A stretch of DNA of 64,000 nt, from the NCBI GenBank assembly GCA_963816145.1, contig CAWFJP010000031.1:512001-576000 (forward strand), written 5' to 3'. Positions 8,707 to 18,374 of the stretch are shown one piece after another (within the stretch, counting starts at the first letter, position 1; every line of letters begins with the position of its first letter). Source of the DNA: an uncultured delta proteobacterium. GTDB lineage: Bacteria; Desulfobacterota; Binatia; UBA9968. The notes beneath the pieces are model-generated. The model did not search any database. It was not told where the DNA came from and saw only the letters and a program-made list of their open reading frames with translations. The position numbers were made by a program, and so were the translations under genes.

Positions 8707-9921
8707 ATGGAAGCACCGGCGGATATTCAGTGGACGGGTTATTCTCTAGCGGAGCGCGACTGGCGCTGGCAGCGCGTGCGCGATAACGCGGCCAAGGCGC
8801 GGTTCGATGGCATTTTCGTGCCGCTCTGTGTCGACGGGCGCAATCTGCATTTGTCCTTGGAGCAGCATCGCGGCACGCGTTCGGACTGCCGTTTTTTGAC
8901 GACTCTCGATAATGCCGCGGTGATTCTGCCCACCGACGGCCGCCCGCCGATCGTGATCTCGGACTTGGAAGACGGCAACGCGTGGATTCCTGAGTTTCGT
9001 CCGGTCGAAGGTTCTTGGGGCCGGACAATGGCGCAAGCGTTGATCGATGCCGGCCTGGAGCGGGGGCGAATCGGCGTCTCCGGCGCGCGCCGCGGTTTTT
9101 ACACTCACGGCCGGGCTTTCCACGGCGTGGTCAATCACAGCTCCTACGCCGAGACGGTAAAGCTCTTGCCCCATGCGACTTTCGACAACGCGACGGAAGT
9201 CATCGGCTATGCGCGTTACGTCAAAAGCGCCGAGCAGGTCGCTTGTTTGCGGCGCGGCGCGGCGATTGCGGCGGCCGGGATCGACAAGATGATCGAACTG
9301 GCGCGACCGGGCGTTGACGAAGGTTATTTATACACTCAAGTGATGCACCGGATGATTTCCCTCGGCAGCGAGTATTATCCGATGGCATTTTACAGCGGCG
9401 CCAATGGCGGCGGGCGCTTGCCGCGCTTTGAAGATCCGATGGAGGGACGCACGCTAAAGCCGATGTACAAGATCGCCAACGAAGTCGATGCGGTGTTTGG
9501 CGGCTTGATCGCCCAGGAGCAGCAACCGATTCTGCTCGGCGCTATTCCTGAGAGCTGGAAGCCGGCCATCGAGCTGCAGAAAGAAATGTACTTCACGGGT
9601 TTGGAATATCTCACGCCGGGCCGGCCCTTCGCCGAATTCATGGACATCATCAATACCTTCGGCGAAAAACGCGGCATGAAGAGCCAGTTGCTCATGCATG
9701 GACGCGGCTACGGCGACGACGGGCCGTTGTTCACGCCGCAGAACCGCGGCATGCGCAACCGCGAAGTCGGTCTCGAAGCGGGCAACGTCTTTATTCTAAA
9801 ACCGATCGCCCATAGCGCCGACGGTACTTTCGATACCAGCTGGGGCGGCTGCGTATTGGTGACCGACAAGGGTGGCGAGCCGTTGGTCAAACGCATGCCG
9901 GGGATGGTGGAAATTAAGTAA
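8707..9921 (+). CDS. M24 (pita-bread/creatinase-like) family protein
   Basis: YSLAERDWRW N-terminus; RYVKSAEQ, ARPGV and HGRG motifs. Confidence 0.8.
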   Translation: MEAPADIQWTGYSLAERDWRWQRVRDNAAKARFDGIFVPLCVDGRNLHLSLEQHRGTRSDCRFLTTLDNAAVILPTDGRPPIVISDLEDGNAWIPEFRPVEGSWGRTMAQALIDAGLERGRIGVSGARRGFYTHGRAFHGVVNHSSYAETVKLLPHATFDNATEVIGYARYVKSAEQVACLRRGAAIAAAGIDKMIELARPGVDEGYLYTQVMHRMISLGSEYYPMAFYSGANGGGRLPRFEDPMEGRTLKPMYKIANEVDAVFGGLIAQEQQPILLGAIPESWKPAIELQKEMYFTGLEYLTPGRPFAEFMDIINTFGEKRGMKSQLLMHGRGYGDDGPLFTPQNRGMRNREVGLEAGNVFILKPIAHSADGTFDTSWGGCVLVTDKGGEPLVKRMPGMVEIK

Positions 9922-9927
9922 CAAGTA

Positions 9928-10008
9928 TGAAGGCTGAAGGCGGAAGGATGAATTGCGAAAGATTGAATTCGACTTACGTTCATCCTTCATCCCTCTGCCT
10001 TCATCCTT
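9928..10008. repeat. Inverted heptamer tandem array (TGAAGGC / GCCTTCA)
   Basis: TGAAGGC TGAAGGC GGAAGGA TGAA ... TTCA TCCTTCA TCCCTCT GCCTTCA TCCTT. Confidence 0.85.
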
Positions 10009-10023
10009 AACTAAGGAGCCATC

Positions 10024-11215
10024 ATGCCTTGGACAACGCCGCCGGGATCCGGCGCGACGGTTTACATTTGGAATGGTTACTCGTTGGCGGAGCGCGACCG
10101 GCGCTGGAGCGCGGTGCGTGACAATGCTTCGAAGGCGGGCTTTGACTGCATACTCGTGCCGCTCGGCGATGGCATCGATGCGCGCTACATGACGCAGTTG
10201 CGCTGCTCGGCGATGGTTTTGCCGACCGATCGCCGGGCACCCATCGTCATTGCCGACCGCAGGTCGAACAATGAATGGGTGCCTGACCCATGGCAGACCG
10301 GCCGCGAGTGGGCCGAGCCCATGGGTGAAGCGCTGCGCGATTTAGGATTTGACCGGGCGCGCATCGGCGTTGCCGGCTTGAAAGGCGGCAGATTTACTCA
10401 CTGCAATTCCATCGACGGCGTGGTCAATCACAGCGCGCTTGAAACCGCCATGAGCAAAGTGCCCAATGCGCGTTTCGAAGACGCCACCGACGTGATCGGT
10501 GCGGTGCGCTACGTGAAGAGTACGGAGGAAATTCAATTCGTCCGCCGCTCCACCGAGGTGGCGGCGGCGGGTCTGGATGCACTGATCAAGCTCGCCCGCC
10601 CGGGCGTCGACGCCGGAATTTTTTATGCCGACGTCTTGGCGAGAATACTCGGGCTGCGCAGCGAATATTTTCCGATGGCGCTGACGATCGATGCGATCGA
10701 TACGGTCAAGCCGAAGCGCTACCTGAACCCGCCGATCGGCCGCAGGCTCGAAGCCGGCGCGCTGATTACCAGCGAAATCAATGCAATTATGGGCGCGCAA
10801 TTGACCCAAGTTTGCCAACCGGTGCTGCTGGGCAAGATTCCCGAACGCCTGGAAGCCGGTAATCGCCATGCAAAAAGAAGTCTACGAAGCGGGATTGCAA
10901 ATGATCAAGCCCGGCTTGACCTTCGGCGCGCTGGAAGATTTCGTCAAGGGATTGGGCGCCAAGAGCGGCACGCAGACGATGCTACAAATGCACGGCTGCG
11001 GCTACGGCGACGACGGACCGCTGTTTACGCCTCGAGTGAAGAGCGAGCGAGTCCGCGATCTCGCCATCGAGAAGAACAATGCGTTTGTTTGGAAACCGAT
11101 GGTGCGATCCGCCGACGGCCAGATTCAGTTCGCCTTTGGCGGGCCGGTGATCGTTACCGACAACGGCTGCGAGTCGTTGTTCAAGCGCGAGCCTGGATTG
11201 GTGGCGACCGGTTGA
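10024..11215 (+). CDS. M24 family paralog, frameshifted near 10845 (one extra base; probable assembly error)
   Basis: Removing one base gives LLGKIP(E/D)AWKPVIAMQKEVY, matching paralog LLGAIPESWKPAIELQKEMY, and joins ORF 10868..11215. Confidence 0.8.
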
Positions 11216-11253
11216 GAGTGGTTCATGGCATGCTTTTGACGACGCAAAAGTCC

Positions 11254-11364
11254 GTCATGCCGGTGAAAACCGGCATCCAGGACTGGCGGGAGGGATGACG
11301 AACAAACTGAAACCTGGATACCGGCCCCGGATCGAGTCCGGGGCAGGCTCTGCGCCGGTATGAC
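11254..11364. repeat. REP doublet family B with nested CCCCGGATCGAGTCCGGGG palindrome
   Basis: Right arm interrupted by a second hairpin at about 11325-11343. Confidence 0.85.
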
Positions 11365-11421
11365 GGGAATGGGGAACATCTCAACTTCGAACTAGCAATC
11401 GTCAATTTCTCGGGAGGCTTA

Positions 11422-12418
11422 ATGCTTAAAATTCACGCGATCTGCGATCTACTTGTTTTTCTTATTGTTCGTATCGGGAGCAAATGCTCAAGAGCTAAAG
11501 CGCATCACCATGGGCTATCCTTCGCTGGCCTTTACTCAGAGCCATATCTGGGTCGGCAAAGAGCAGGGGTTGTTTCGCAAGTACGGCGTCGAGGTCGATC
11601 CGGTGTTTTTGCGCGGCGGGCAGGTGGCGACTCAGGCGTTGGCGGCGGGGGAGCCGCCGATGGTCAACGTCGGCACGGTGATCCAGGCCAACTTGAGCGG
11701 CTACAATGTCGTGTTGGTCGCCAGCATGGAGAATAAGTTTTATCAGCTGGTCTTCGTCCGCCCCGGCATCGCCAGCCTGGAGCAATTGAAAGGGAAGAAG
11801 CTGGCGATCAGCGGCTTCGGCTCGATCACTCATTATGCGGCGCAGATTCTCGCCAAACATCTTAATTTCGAGATCAATAAGGATCTGATTCTCGTGCCCG
11901 GCGGTCCCGATGCCGAGCGCTTAGGAGCGATGAGCGCGGGAACGGTGGACGCGTCGTTTTTCAATCTGTCGACGGCGCCGATCGCGCGCAAGATGGGTTT
12001 CGTCGATTTATTGCAGATCGCCGATCTCGGCGTCGAGGTGCAGGGCAACGGCTTGGCGACTTCGCGGGCGTATTTGAAGAGCAATCGCGACACCGTCAAG
12101 AATGTGATGAAGGGTTATTTGGAATCGATACATTTCATCTACGCGCGCAAACCGGAGTCGCAGAAAGTATTCGCCAAATACATGCGCACCAACGATCCCG
12201 AGGTGCTGGAGAGTTCGTATCAAAATTACGTGAAGACGATTCCAAGAAGGCCGACGTTCACCCCGAAGGGAATCCAATTCATCCTCGACATGCTGGCGCC
12301 GCAGATGCCGCAGGCAAAGACCGCCAAGCCGGAGCAGTTTTTCGATGCGGGGGTGATGAATGAGTTGGACAAGGAAGGGTTCTTCGTCGAGCTGGCGAAG
12401 CGGTATCCGGCGAAATAA
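11422..12418 (+). CDS. ABC substrate-binding protein (NMT1/THI5-like); apparent +1 frameshift in the A4 run at 11428-11431
   Basis: GGAGG-ATG at 11422; deleting one A gives signal peptide MLKFTRSAIYLFFLLFVSGANA-QE in frame with ORF 11453..12418. Confidence 0.85.
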
Positions 12419-12427
12419 AAACCGTAA

Positions 12428-12467
12428 GGGGTTAGGGGTGAAGGGTGAGGGGTAAATCTGTCACCCC
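12428..12467. repeat. Heptamer tandem (GGGGTGA) with a short inverted remnant
   Basis: GGGGTTA GGGGTGA AGGGTGA GGGGTAA ... TCACCCC. Confidence 0.7.
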
Positions 12468-12513
12468 CGCGCACGTAGGCAAAAACGTTCTCAAATGCCA
12501 CATCACCTATCTT

Positions 12514-12540
12514 GTCATACCGGCGAAGGCCGGTATCCAT
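12514..12540. repeat. Single arm of REP family B
   Basis: GTCATACCGGCGAAGGCCGGTATCCAT. Confidence 0.8.
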
Positions 12541-12723
12541 CTTCGTTGCCGCCGCGCCGGTCCGCTATTGCGGGAAAACTCGATGTTGACAAGCTCAGGC
12601 TGACCTGATGGATATTGCAGCCGATTTTGACATTTTATTGTTTGAGCCGTTGCCGGGATAAGCCGACCCGTAATTTTCGGCGGCTACGGCGGCTCACTTA
12701 ATAGTTAGCTTCCAACACGCACC

Positions 12724-14550
12724 ATGAAGCTGCTCTCATTCCGGATCGAAAACTACCGCAATCTGCGCTTGGCAGAGTGCTCGGCAGTGCCCGAGTTTAT
12801 GATCATATGCGGTGGAAATGGATGCGGGAAAAGTTCGCTGCTCGAAGCATTAATGACGGCGAAGGAGCATGCGGGATCCTACGGCAATTTTTCATTTGAC
12901 CCCAAGGCTGTCTCTGCAAATGCCGGGAAGGCAACGATCTCAATAAGCCTTTCTTTCTCAGCGCAAGAACGTGAATTCGTCAAGCGCCTCCACAACGTCG
13001 ATTGTCCTGAGACTGACGACATTGAAATTGAGATCCTCAAAGGCGGGAGTGCGCGCGTCCTGAAACGGTCCAAGCCTGCTAGCAGGCTGCTGAGTCACTA
13101 CAGCACCACCGAAGGCTCGCCAGGCTTCTTTGACTACATCACTGCACACAGACAGACCAGCAAACAGGATCTGAGTAGCTGGGACGCCACATTTCTCTCG
13201 GACGAAAAAGCCAAGCAGACCTTGGCGGGTGTGCAGAATAAATTTCAACAGACGAAGCAATATCTTGCCGGGCTCAAGATGTCCGATCTGCAAGCACTTC
13301 AGTCATCCCTCGCAGCGGGAGCCGCGAAGCACGTCGATTCAATGACGGACATTCGCGATACGTTCAACAGGTTCTTTGCTCCGCTAAAGTTCAAGGACGT
13401 CTACCTCGACAGATCGCCGTTCGGGTTCGTCGTGACCACTCCAGCGGGCGAGATCGACATCGATGATCTTAGCTCGGGGGAAAAGGAGATCTTCAACATT
13501 TTCGTGCGGTTTCATCAGCTTCATCCAAACGGAGCGGTTATTCTTTTTGATGAAGCGGATGCGCATCTGCACCCGGACCTAGAACGGCGCTATCTGCAGG
13601 AGTTGAGGCGCATCGCTAAGGGCAATCAGGTCATCCTGACTACGCACTCGCCCGAGATGATGATTGCCGCAGGATCAGAGTCCCTATACACGATTCACAA
13701 AGAGCCGCCAACCGATGGAGGCAGCCAGCTACGCCGCGTGACGCCAGACGACAATCTGCACAGCACGCTCGCGGAGTTGATGGGGTCCAGGGGTCTAATA
13801 AGCTTCAATCAACGCATTGTGTTTATCGAAGGAGATACCGCGTCGGCTGACCGCGAAGTGTACGAAGCCTTTTACCCACCGGCCGAGCACAACATCAGCT
13901 TTGTGCCAGCGGGAAACTCCTCGACCGTTCGGAAAACCGCTGAACGAGTCAATTCACTTCTGACGTCAGCGATAAGTTTTCAGCAGTATTTCTGCATCAT
14001 CGACCATGATATTGAGCGTGGCGAGACGGACCCCAGCGGCGGCCGTCGCCTGTTTCGACTGCCCGTTTATCACGTTGAGAATTTTCTCCTCAATGCGGAT
14101 GTGATGTTCAAGGTCTCGTCGCAAATGCTAGCAAGCCAATGCCCGTTCAAGACATCGGGCGAAGTTGAAGCGGAGTTAAAGCGCCTAGTACTTGACGATG
14201 GTCACCTCCTTCCTTACACGAAGGCAGCCCTCGACGCTGAAATCGGGAGAATTGCTAAGAAGGCACACGATGCCGTCTTCTCCGGAAGGACAGATGGCCT
14301 CGACCTGAAGGTACCGCAGTTCGACGTAACCAAGACTACAGCAAAGCAGGAATTGGAAGCTGCCTTAAGGGACGGCACGTGGACAGCCAGGGTGAAGGGG
14401 CGCGACCTACTTAGGTTCTTCTGCGCTCGTCACGGCCTCAGATACGAGCACTTTCGGAACAGCGTTATCGCGAATTTCGGAGAAGCGCCGGAAGGGCTTC
14501 AACAGATCATGGAGAAGATCAAAGCTGAAGCCCTTGCAGCTGGAACATGA
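12724..14550 (+). CDS. ABC-type ATPase (AAA_15/AAA_21-like) fused to a TOPRIM/DUF4435-like domain; PARIS(AriAB-fusion)/OLD-like putative defence protein
   Basis: Walker A GGNGCGKS, signature LSSGEKE, Walker B ILFDEADAHLHP, H-loop LTTHSP; C-terminal VFIEG..D, IIDHD, YHVENFLL and KGRDLL. Confidence 0.75.
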   Translation: MKLLSFRIENYRNLRLAECSAVPEFMIICGGNGCGKSSLLEALMTAKEHAGSYGNFSFDPKAVSANAGKATISISLSFSAQEREFVKRLHNVDCPETDDIEIEILKGGSARVLKRSKPASRLLSHYSTTEGSPGFFDYITAHRQTSKQDLSSWDATFLSDEKAKQTLAGVQNKFQQTKQYLAGLKMSDLQALQSSLAAGAAKHVDSMTDIRDTFNRFFAPLKFKDVYLDRSPFGFVVTTPAGEIDIDDLSSGEKEIFNIFVRFHQLHPNGAVILFDEADAHLHPDLERRYLQELRRIAKGNQVILTTHSPEMMIAAGSESLYTIHKEPPTDGGSQLRRVTPDDNLHSTLAELMGSRGLISFNQRIVFIEGDTASADREVYEAFYPPAEHNISFVPAGNSSTVRKTAERVNSLLTSAISFQQYFCIIDHDIERGETDPSGGRRLFRLPVYHVENFLLNADVMFKVSSQMLASQCPFKTSGEVEAELKRLVLDDGHLLPYTKAALDAEIGRIAKKAHDAVFSGRTDGLDLKVPQFDVTKTTAKQELEAALRDGTWTARVKGRDLLRFFCARHGLRYEHFRNSVIANFGEAPEGLQQIMEKIKAEALAAGT

Positions 14551-14564
14551 AACGGTGAGTTGGA

Positions 14565-14634
14565 AGCTAACAAGCGCTTGCATCCGACGTACTCGCGCGG
14601 CGCGCTCGTGCGCGGCTAAAGCGCGGCGTTCGAC
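14565..14634 (+). other. attC recombination site (70 bp)
   Basis: AGCTAAC-AAGCGCTTGCATCCGAC ... GCGGCTAAAGCGCGGC-GTTCGAC; AAC...GTT ends enclosing an imperfect palindrome, just after the stop codon. Confidence 0.8.
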
Positions 14635-14861
14635 GTCCTTTATTGCGAAGTATCTCCGATAAGAAAGCGAAAGGTCAGAAGTTCATCCTGAGCTTTGGTA
14701 GAACGCTCATTTGAAACTGCCACGAATTATAGCAACAAGGAAAACAGGTAATGAACTGCTCCAAGCCTTTTCGGGGGCGATTGGAATCTCCGTGCTTGAT
14801 TTCTGGCAATGGAGCGCTTCAGACCTTTTGAGTAATGCGACACGTGACCGCCGTATCTGAT

Positions 14862-15434
14862 CTATTGAAACGTGATCAGATCCGAGCGGCTCAAGGTCGA
14901 GGCTTTCGGCTTCAACGGCTCGTTGTCGGCGTTGGCGCTGTTCTGATTCAATATTTGGAATTGGCCGATGGCCACTTCGTAGTCGGTCGCGGCCAAGCTG
15001 GCATCCGTGGGCACCACGACGGTGTAACCCCGCAGTGTCGCTCCTACCGATGTATAGACCACCGAGCCGCTGACCTTCCAGCCGGTAAGAATCACGGTCG
15101 TAATCCCCTTGGCCTTGAGCATCTTGTCGAGGTCGGTGCTGTAGAATCGGTCCTGACCAACAGACTCGACAATCGGATCGCCGGCAGCGGGAGCAACCGC
15201 AGGCAGCCACTTGGAAACGTTGGGAGCCCGAGTCGAGTACAAGACGAGCACACCGGCCTTTCTCGCCTGCGCCAGCAGCGAGACAATGGCCGGCACCATT
15301 ATTTCAGTGCAAATCGGTTGTCTTGCGCAGATTGGCTCGACCACATCGAAGATCAACAACGCGGTGGTCGCGGGTTTGAGAACAACTCGGACCGGGTCCG
15401 GAAGGGCCGGCATTTGCAAAGTTATTAGCGCCAT
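14862..15434 (-). CDS. Isochorismatase-family (cysteine hydrolase fold) protein
   Basis: TALLIFD, DRFYSTDLDKMLKAKGITTVILTG and GYTVVVPTDAS motifs. Confidence 0.8.
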   Translation of the reverse strand: MALITLQMPALPDPVRVVLKPATTALLIFDVVEPICARQPICTEIMVPAIVSLLAQARKAGVLVLYSTRAPNVSKWLPAVAPAAGDPIVESVGQDRFYSTDLDKMLKAKGITTVILTGWKVSGSVVYTSVGATLRGYTVVVPTDASLAATDYEVAIGQFQILNQNSANADNEPLKPKASTLSRSDLITFQ

Positions 15435-15734
15435 ATTGTACCACCATAGTATTCCGCGAGTGTTAGGCCGCCGTTTTCGACGATGGTATTGATCGGCGTC
15501 CTGTTCGAGTCCCCAGCTGCCGATATCATGGACTTGCGATTACAACCGCGCCGAAGCATGCGGGCCTAGCATCACGGAAATCGAATAATAAATTTTACGC
15601 ACACTGTTTTCTTTCAATCGAGCAATATCGCCGACGTGGGGGAGCTGTCAATCACATTTTGAGTTTCGTGGCAGCCGCGAGTTAGGTGCTGATGCGGGAT
15701 CTGGCTCTCATATTAGTGTCGCTCTCGGGGATGG

Positions 15735-15920
15735 TTGAAATCCCTCCCCTTGAGGCGAAGTGAGGGTTTGTCATGCCGGCGAAGGCCGGCATCCATCTTC
15801 GCGCCCGCTGCAAGGCCAAACAAAACCTGGATTCCGGCCTACGCCGGAATGACGACCCCGAAGAGTCGACTTCCAGTCGACGAATTTAGAACCCCTCGGC
15901 TTACAGCCGAGGGTTGTTCA
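15735..15920. repeat. Composite palindromic element: family B REP doublet (15770-15853) between two GC hairpins
   Basis: Terminal hairpin ACCCCTCGGCTTACAGCCGAGGGTTGTTCA; collinear degenerate copy at 20711-20858. Confidence 0.75.
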
Positions 15921-16028
15921 GTTTTTTGTAATGGAAGCAGCGGTGAGTGTCAGGTTTCCGTCGCCCTACTATTCTTCGGTGCGCATAGGGGAGGCGGTGA
16001 ACCTTCGCTTCTTGGTCTTGTCCCAAGA

Positions 16029-16570
16029 TCAAAATGTTTTTGTTCCTTCGGGCGGTTGGACATCGAACATGCGGATCACCGTGCCGATGGTGATGTAGTG
16101 GCCGAGCAGGCCGACGCACTCGATGAATTTGGCGTGGCCGAATTCTTTTTCCATGCGCGCGAACAAATCGTCCGGCAATAGAACTGCTGGTTCATCAGCG
16201 TGCGGGTGAATTCCACCAGTAGTTTGTCCTGGCCGGTGAACTTGTCGACGCCCGCATGGGCGCGGATCGCTTCGACGATTTCGGACTTGACGCCGACTTT
16301 GTGGGCGCGGATTTCGTGGCGCGACCAGGCGTAGCGGGCTTCTACTTCGCGCGCCGCGGTGAGAATGATCACCTCGCGGACCGGGTCGGGGAGCCGCGAG
16401 TCGTTGCGAAAATAATCTTCGGTGGCGGCGAAGTACTGCGCCATCTCCGGCGAATGCATCAGCATCGAGTACGGTCCGCCGCCGCCGGTGCGGCCTTCGT
16501 GGATCTTGTCCCAGATTTTCTGTTGCTCCGTTGTCATGGATTCACGTGTCGCGTTCGGTAGTTTGCTCAT
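16029..16570 (-). CDS. Carboxymuconolactone decarboxylase/AhpD-like protein, frameshifted near 16180
   Basis: Shifted frame reads LPDDLFARMEKEFGHAKFIECVGLLGHYITIGTVIRMFDVQPPEGTKTF*, collinear with the adjacent paralog. Confidence 0.75.
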
Positions 16571-16622
16571 ATTTACCTTTCTAGGTTTTTGTCGGTGGTC
16601 CGGCGTCGTTGCGGTGGGTTTG

Positions 16623-16696
16623 TTCACCACGAAGGCACGAAGGGCACGAAGTTCGGAGATTTGGTTGTCTCAACCGTTCGGGTCTTTCGTGGCAAA
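16623..16696. repeat. REP-like palindrome, family A
   Basis: TTCACCACGAAGGCACGAAGGGCACGAAGTTCGG ... TTCGTGG. Confidence 0.8.
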
Positions 16697-16731
16697 TTCT
16701 CTTTCGCACCAATCTCAGATGAAGACCTACT

Positions 16732-17271
16732 CTAAAACGTCTGGCTGCCTTCGGGCTTGGGTATTTGAAACGTATTGGCGACGAAACTGATAGTGCTGTA
16801 GTGGCCGACGAGAGCGATGACTTCGACGAGCTGGCGCCGACTCAGCTCCTGTTCGGCGCGGGTAAAAAGCTCGTCCGATAGTCCATGCTCGCGCACCAGG
16901 CTTAGCGGGATGTCGACCAGGAGTTTCTCTCGCGGGGTAAAGCCGATGGGCGAACCTTTGGCGCGCAATGTTTCGATCACTTCCAGGCGCACGCCGACTT
17001 GGCGGGCGCGCGCCTCGTGGCGCGCCCACGGATAGTGCGCGCCGAGCTCACGGGCTGCGGCGAGGATGACGATCTCGCGGTCGGCGTCGCTGAGCGCCGA
17101 ATCCAAGCGAAAATAATCTTCAGTGGCGGCGATGTTGGCGGCGAGCGCCGGCACATGCAGCAACATTGAGTAAGGACCGCCGCCGCCGGTCCGGACGGCG
17201 TGAATGTGATCCCAAATCTTTTGATGTTCGGGCGACAATTCATCGCGCTTGGCATGGGGAATGCGGCTCAT
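16732..17271 (-). CDS. Carboxymuconolactone decarboxylase/AhpD-like protein
   Basis: GPYSMLLHVP, REIVILAAARE..YPWARHE and LVGHY motifs; GGAGG RBS before ATG 17271. Confidence 0.8.
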   Translation of the reverse strand: MSRIPHAKRDELSPEHQKIWDHIHAVRTGGGGPYSMLLHVPALAANIAATEDYFRLDSALSDADREIVILAAARELGAHYPWARHEARARQVGVRLEVIETLRAKGSPIGFTPREKLLVDIPLSLVREHGLSDELFTRAEQELSRRQLVEVIALVGHYSTISFVANTFQIPKPEGSQTF

Positions 17272-17337
17272 ATTACCTCCTAGTCTAATATTCCGTGGTG
17301 TTTCGTGCGGCTTCGGCGCCGCGGTCAATAAGATTTT

Positions 17338-17420
17338 TCACCACGAAGATCACGAAGGACGCGAAGGTTTCGGATACATTTAATTTCCGAACTTCGTGCT
17401 CTTCGTGCCCTTCGTGGTGA
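17338..17420. repeat. REP-like palindrome, family A
   Basis: TCACCACGAAGATCACGAAGGACGCGAAG..TTCGGA..TCCGAACTTCGTGCTCTTCGTGCCCTTCGTGGTGA. Confidence 0.9.
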
Positions 17421-17451
17421 GGTATCCTCATCATAAATCTGAAAGAAACGG

Positions 17452-18363
17452 TTACGCGGACAAGTTCAGCATCTTCAGCGCAGCCCGGCCGCCGATAGCG
17501 TACGGATTACCCAGGGTTTCCTGCATCTCGAAGTGGTTCAAGCTTTCGCCGACCAACAGCTCTACCGGTTTGCCGGCGGCTTTCACCGCGGCGGCGAAAT
17601 CGCGGCTTTGGCGTTGGAACTCGGGCGTCTCTTCAGTGCCGTAGCAGACGGTGATCGGCGCATGAAGCTTGTCGAGGTGGCGGATCGAACTGAGCTGCTC
17701 TTCGACCTCGTCCGTGAATTTCACATACTCGCTGCGCTTTGACAGCCGAACCGGCTTTAGATCGTACATGCCGCAGAGCAGTAGGCCGCCCTTTATAATA
17801 TCGGGCGGCAGGCCGAAATCTTTTTGCCAGTCGGTGACCAGCGTGCAACCGCTCAAGTGCGCGCCGGAGGAGTGGCCGGTGATATAGACCCGTTGCGGAT
17901 CGGCGCCGAAGCTGGCGGCATTTTTGTATACCCAAGCGACGGCGCGCCGGACTTGCTGCGCCATCGGCAGCAAGTTGCCGCCGGTCTCTTGGATCTGCAC
18001 GAAGTCGAGGACGACGAAGTTGGCGCCGGCGTTGACAAACATCTCGGCCGGACCGGCGAAGTCTTTGGCTTGGCCGTTGCGCCAGGCGCCGCCGTGGACA
18101 TAGACATTCACCGGGGCATTGGGCTTGTGAGTTTTATAAATGTCGAGCTTTTCATGCTCACTCGCGCCGTAGGCGAAGCGCTCAGGGCGAAATCGTTGCA
18201 AGACTGCTGCGCTGGCGGCGGTGCGGCGTTTGGCGAGTAAAGGTTGATTGGGCGCGTAGACGGTTTGATCGTAGGCGTCATCGAGTTCTTTCTGATCCAT
18301 GTCGAGCCAAACCAGCGGACCTTTACTGCGAGGCGGCTCTGCGTTCGTAGAATTGGTTGCCAT
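17452..18363 (-). CDS. Alpha/beta hydrolase, arylformamidase-like
   Basis: HGGAW oxyanion motif, GHSSGAHL nucleophile elbow, NHF. Confidence 0.85.
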   Translation of the reverse strand: MATNSTNAEPPRSKGPLVWLDMDQKELDDAYDQTVYAPNQPLLAKRRTAASAAVLQRFRPERFAYGASEHEKLDIYKTHKPNAPVNVYVHGGAWRNGQAKDFAGPAEMFVNAGANFVVLDFVQIQETGGNLLPMAQQVRRAVAWVYKNAASFGADPQRVYITGHSSGAHLSGCTLVTDWQKDFGLPPDIIKGGLLLCGMYDLKPVRLSKRSEYVKFTDEVEEQLSSIRHLDKLHAPITVCYGTEETPEFQRQSRDFAAAVKAAGKPVELLVGESLNHFEMQETLGNPYAIGGRAALKMLNLSA

Positions 18364-18374
18364 GATCATACTCT

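Larger units (their letters stand above)
12704..14634 (+). mobile_element. Integron-type gene cassette (no integrase in window)
   Basis: Begins GTTAGCTTCCAAC (12704-12716); its exact reverse complement GTTGGAAGCTAAC lies at 14559-14571, overlapping the start of an attC-like palindrome; one ORF fills the cassette. Confidence 0.8.

Noticed and set aside
15455-15475. GTTAGGC core site near the isochorismatase start
   Set aside because: No matching palindrome or partner box found; may be chance
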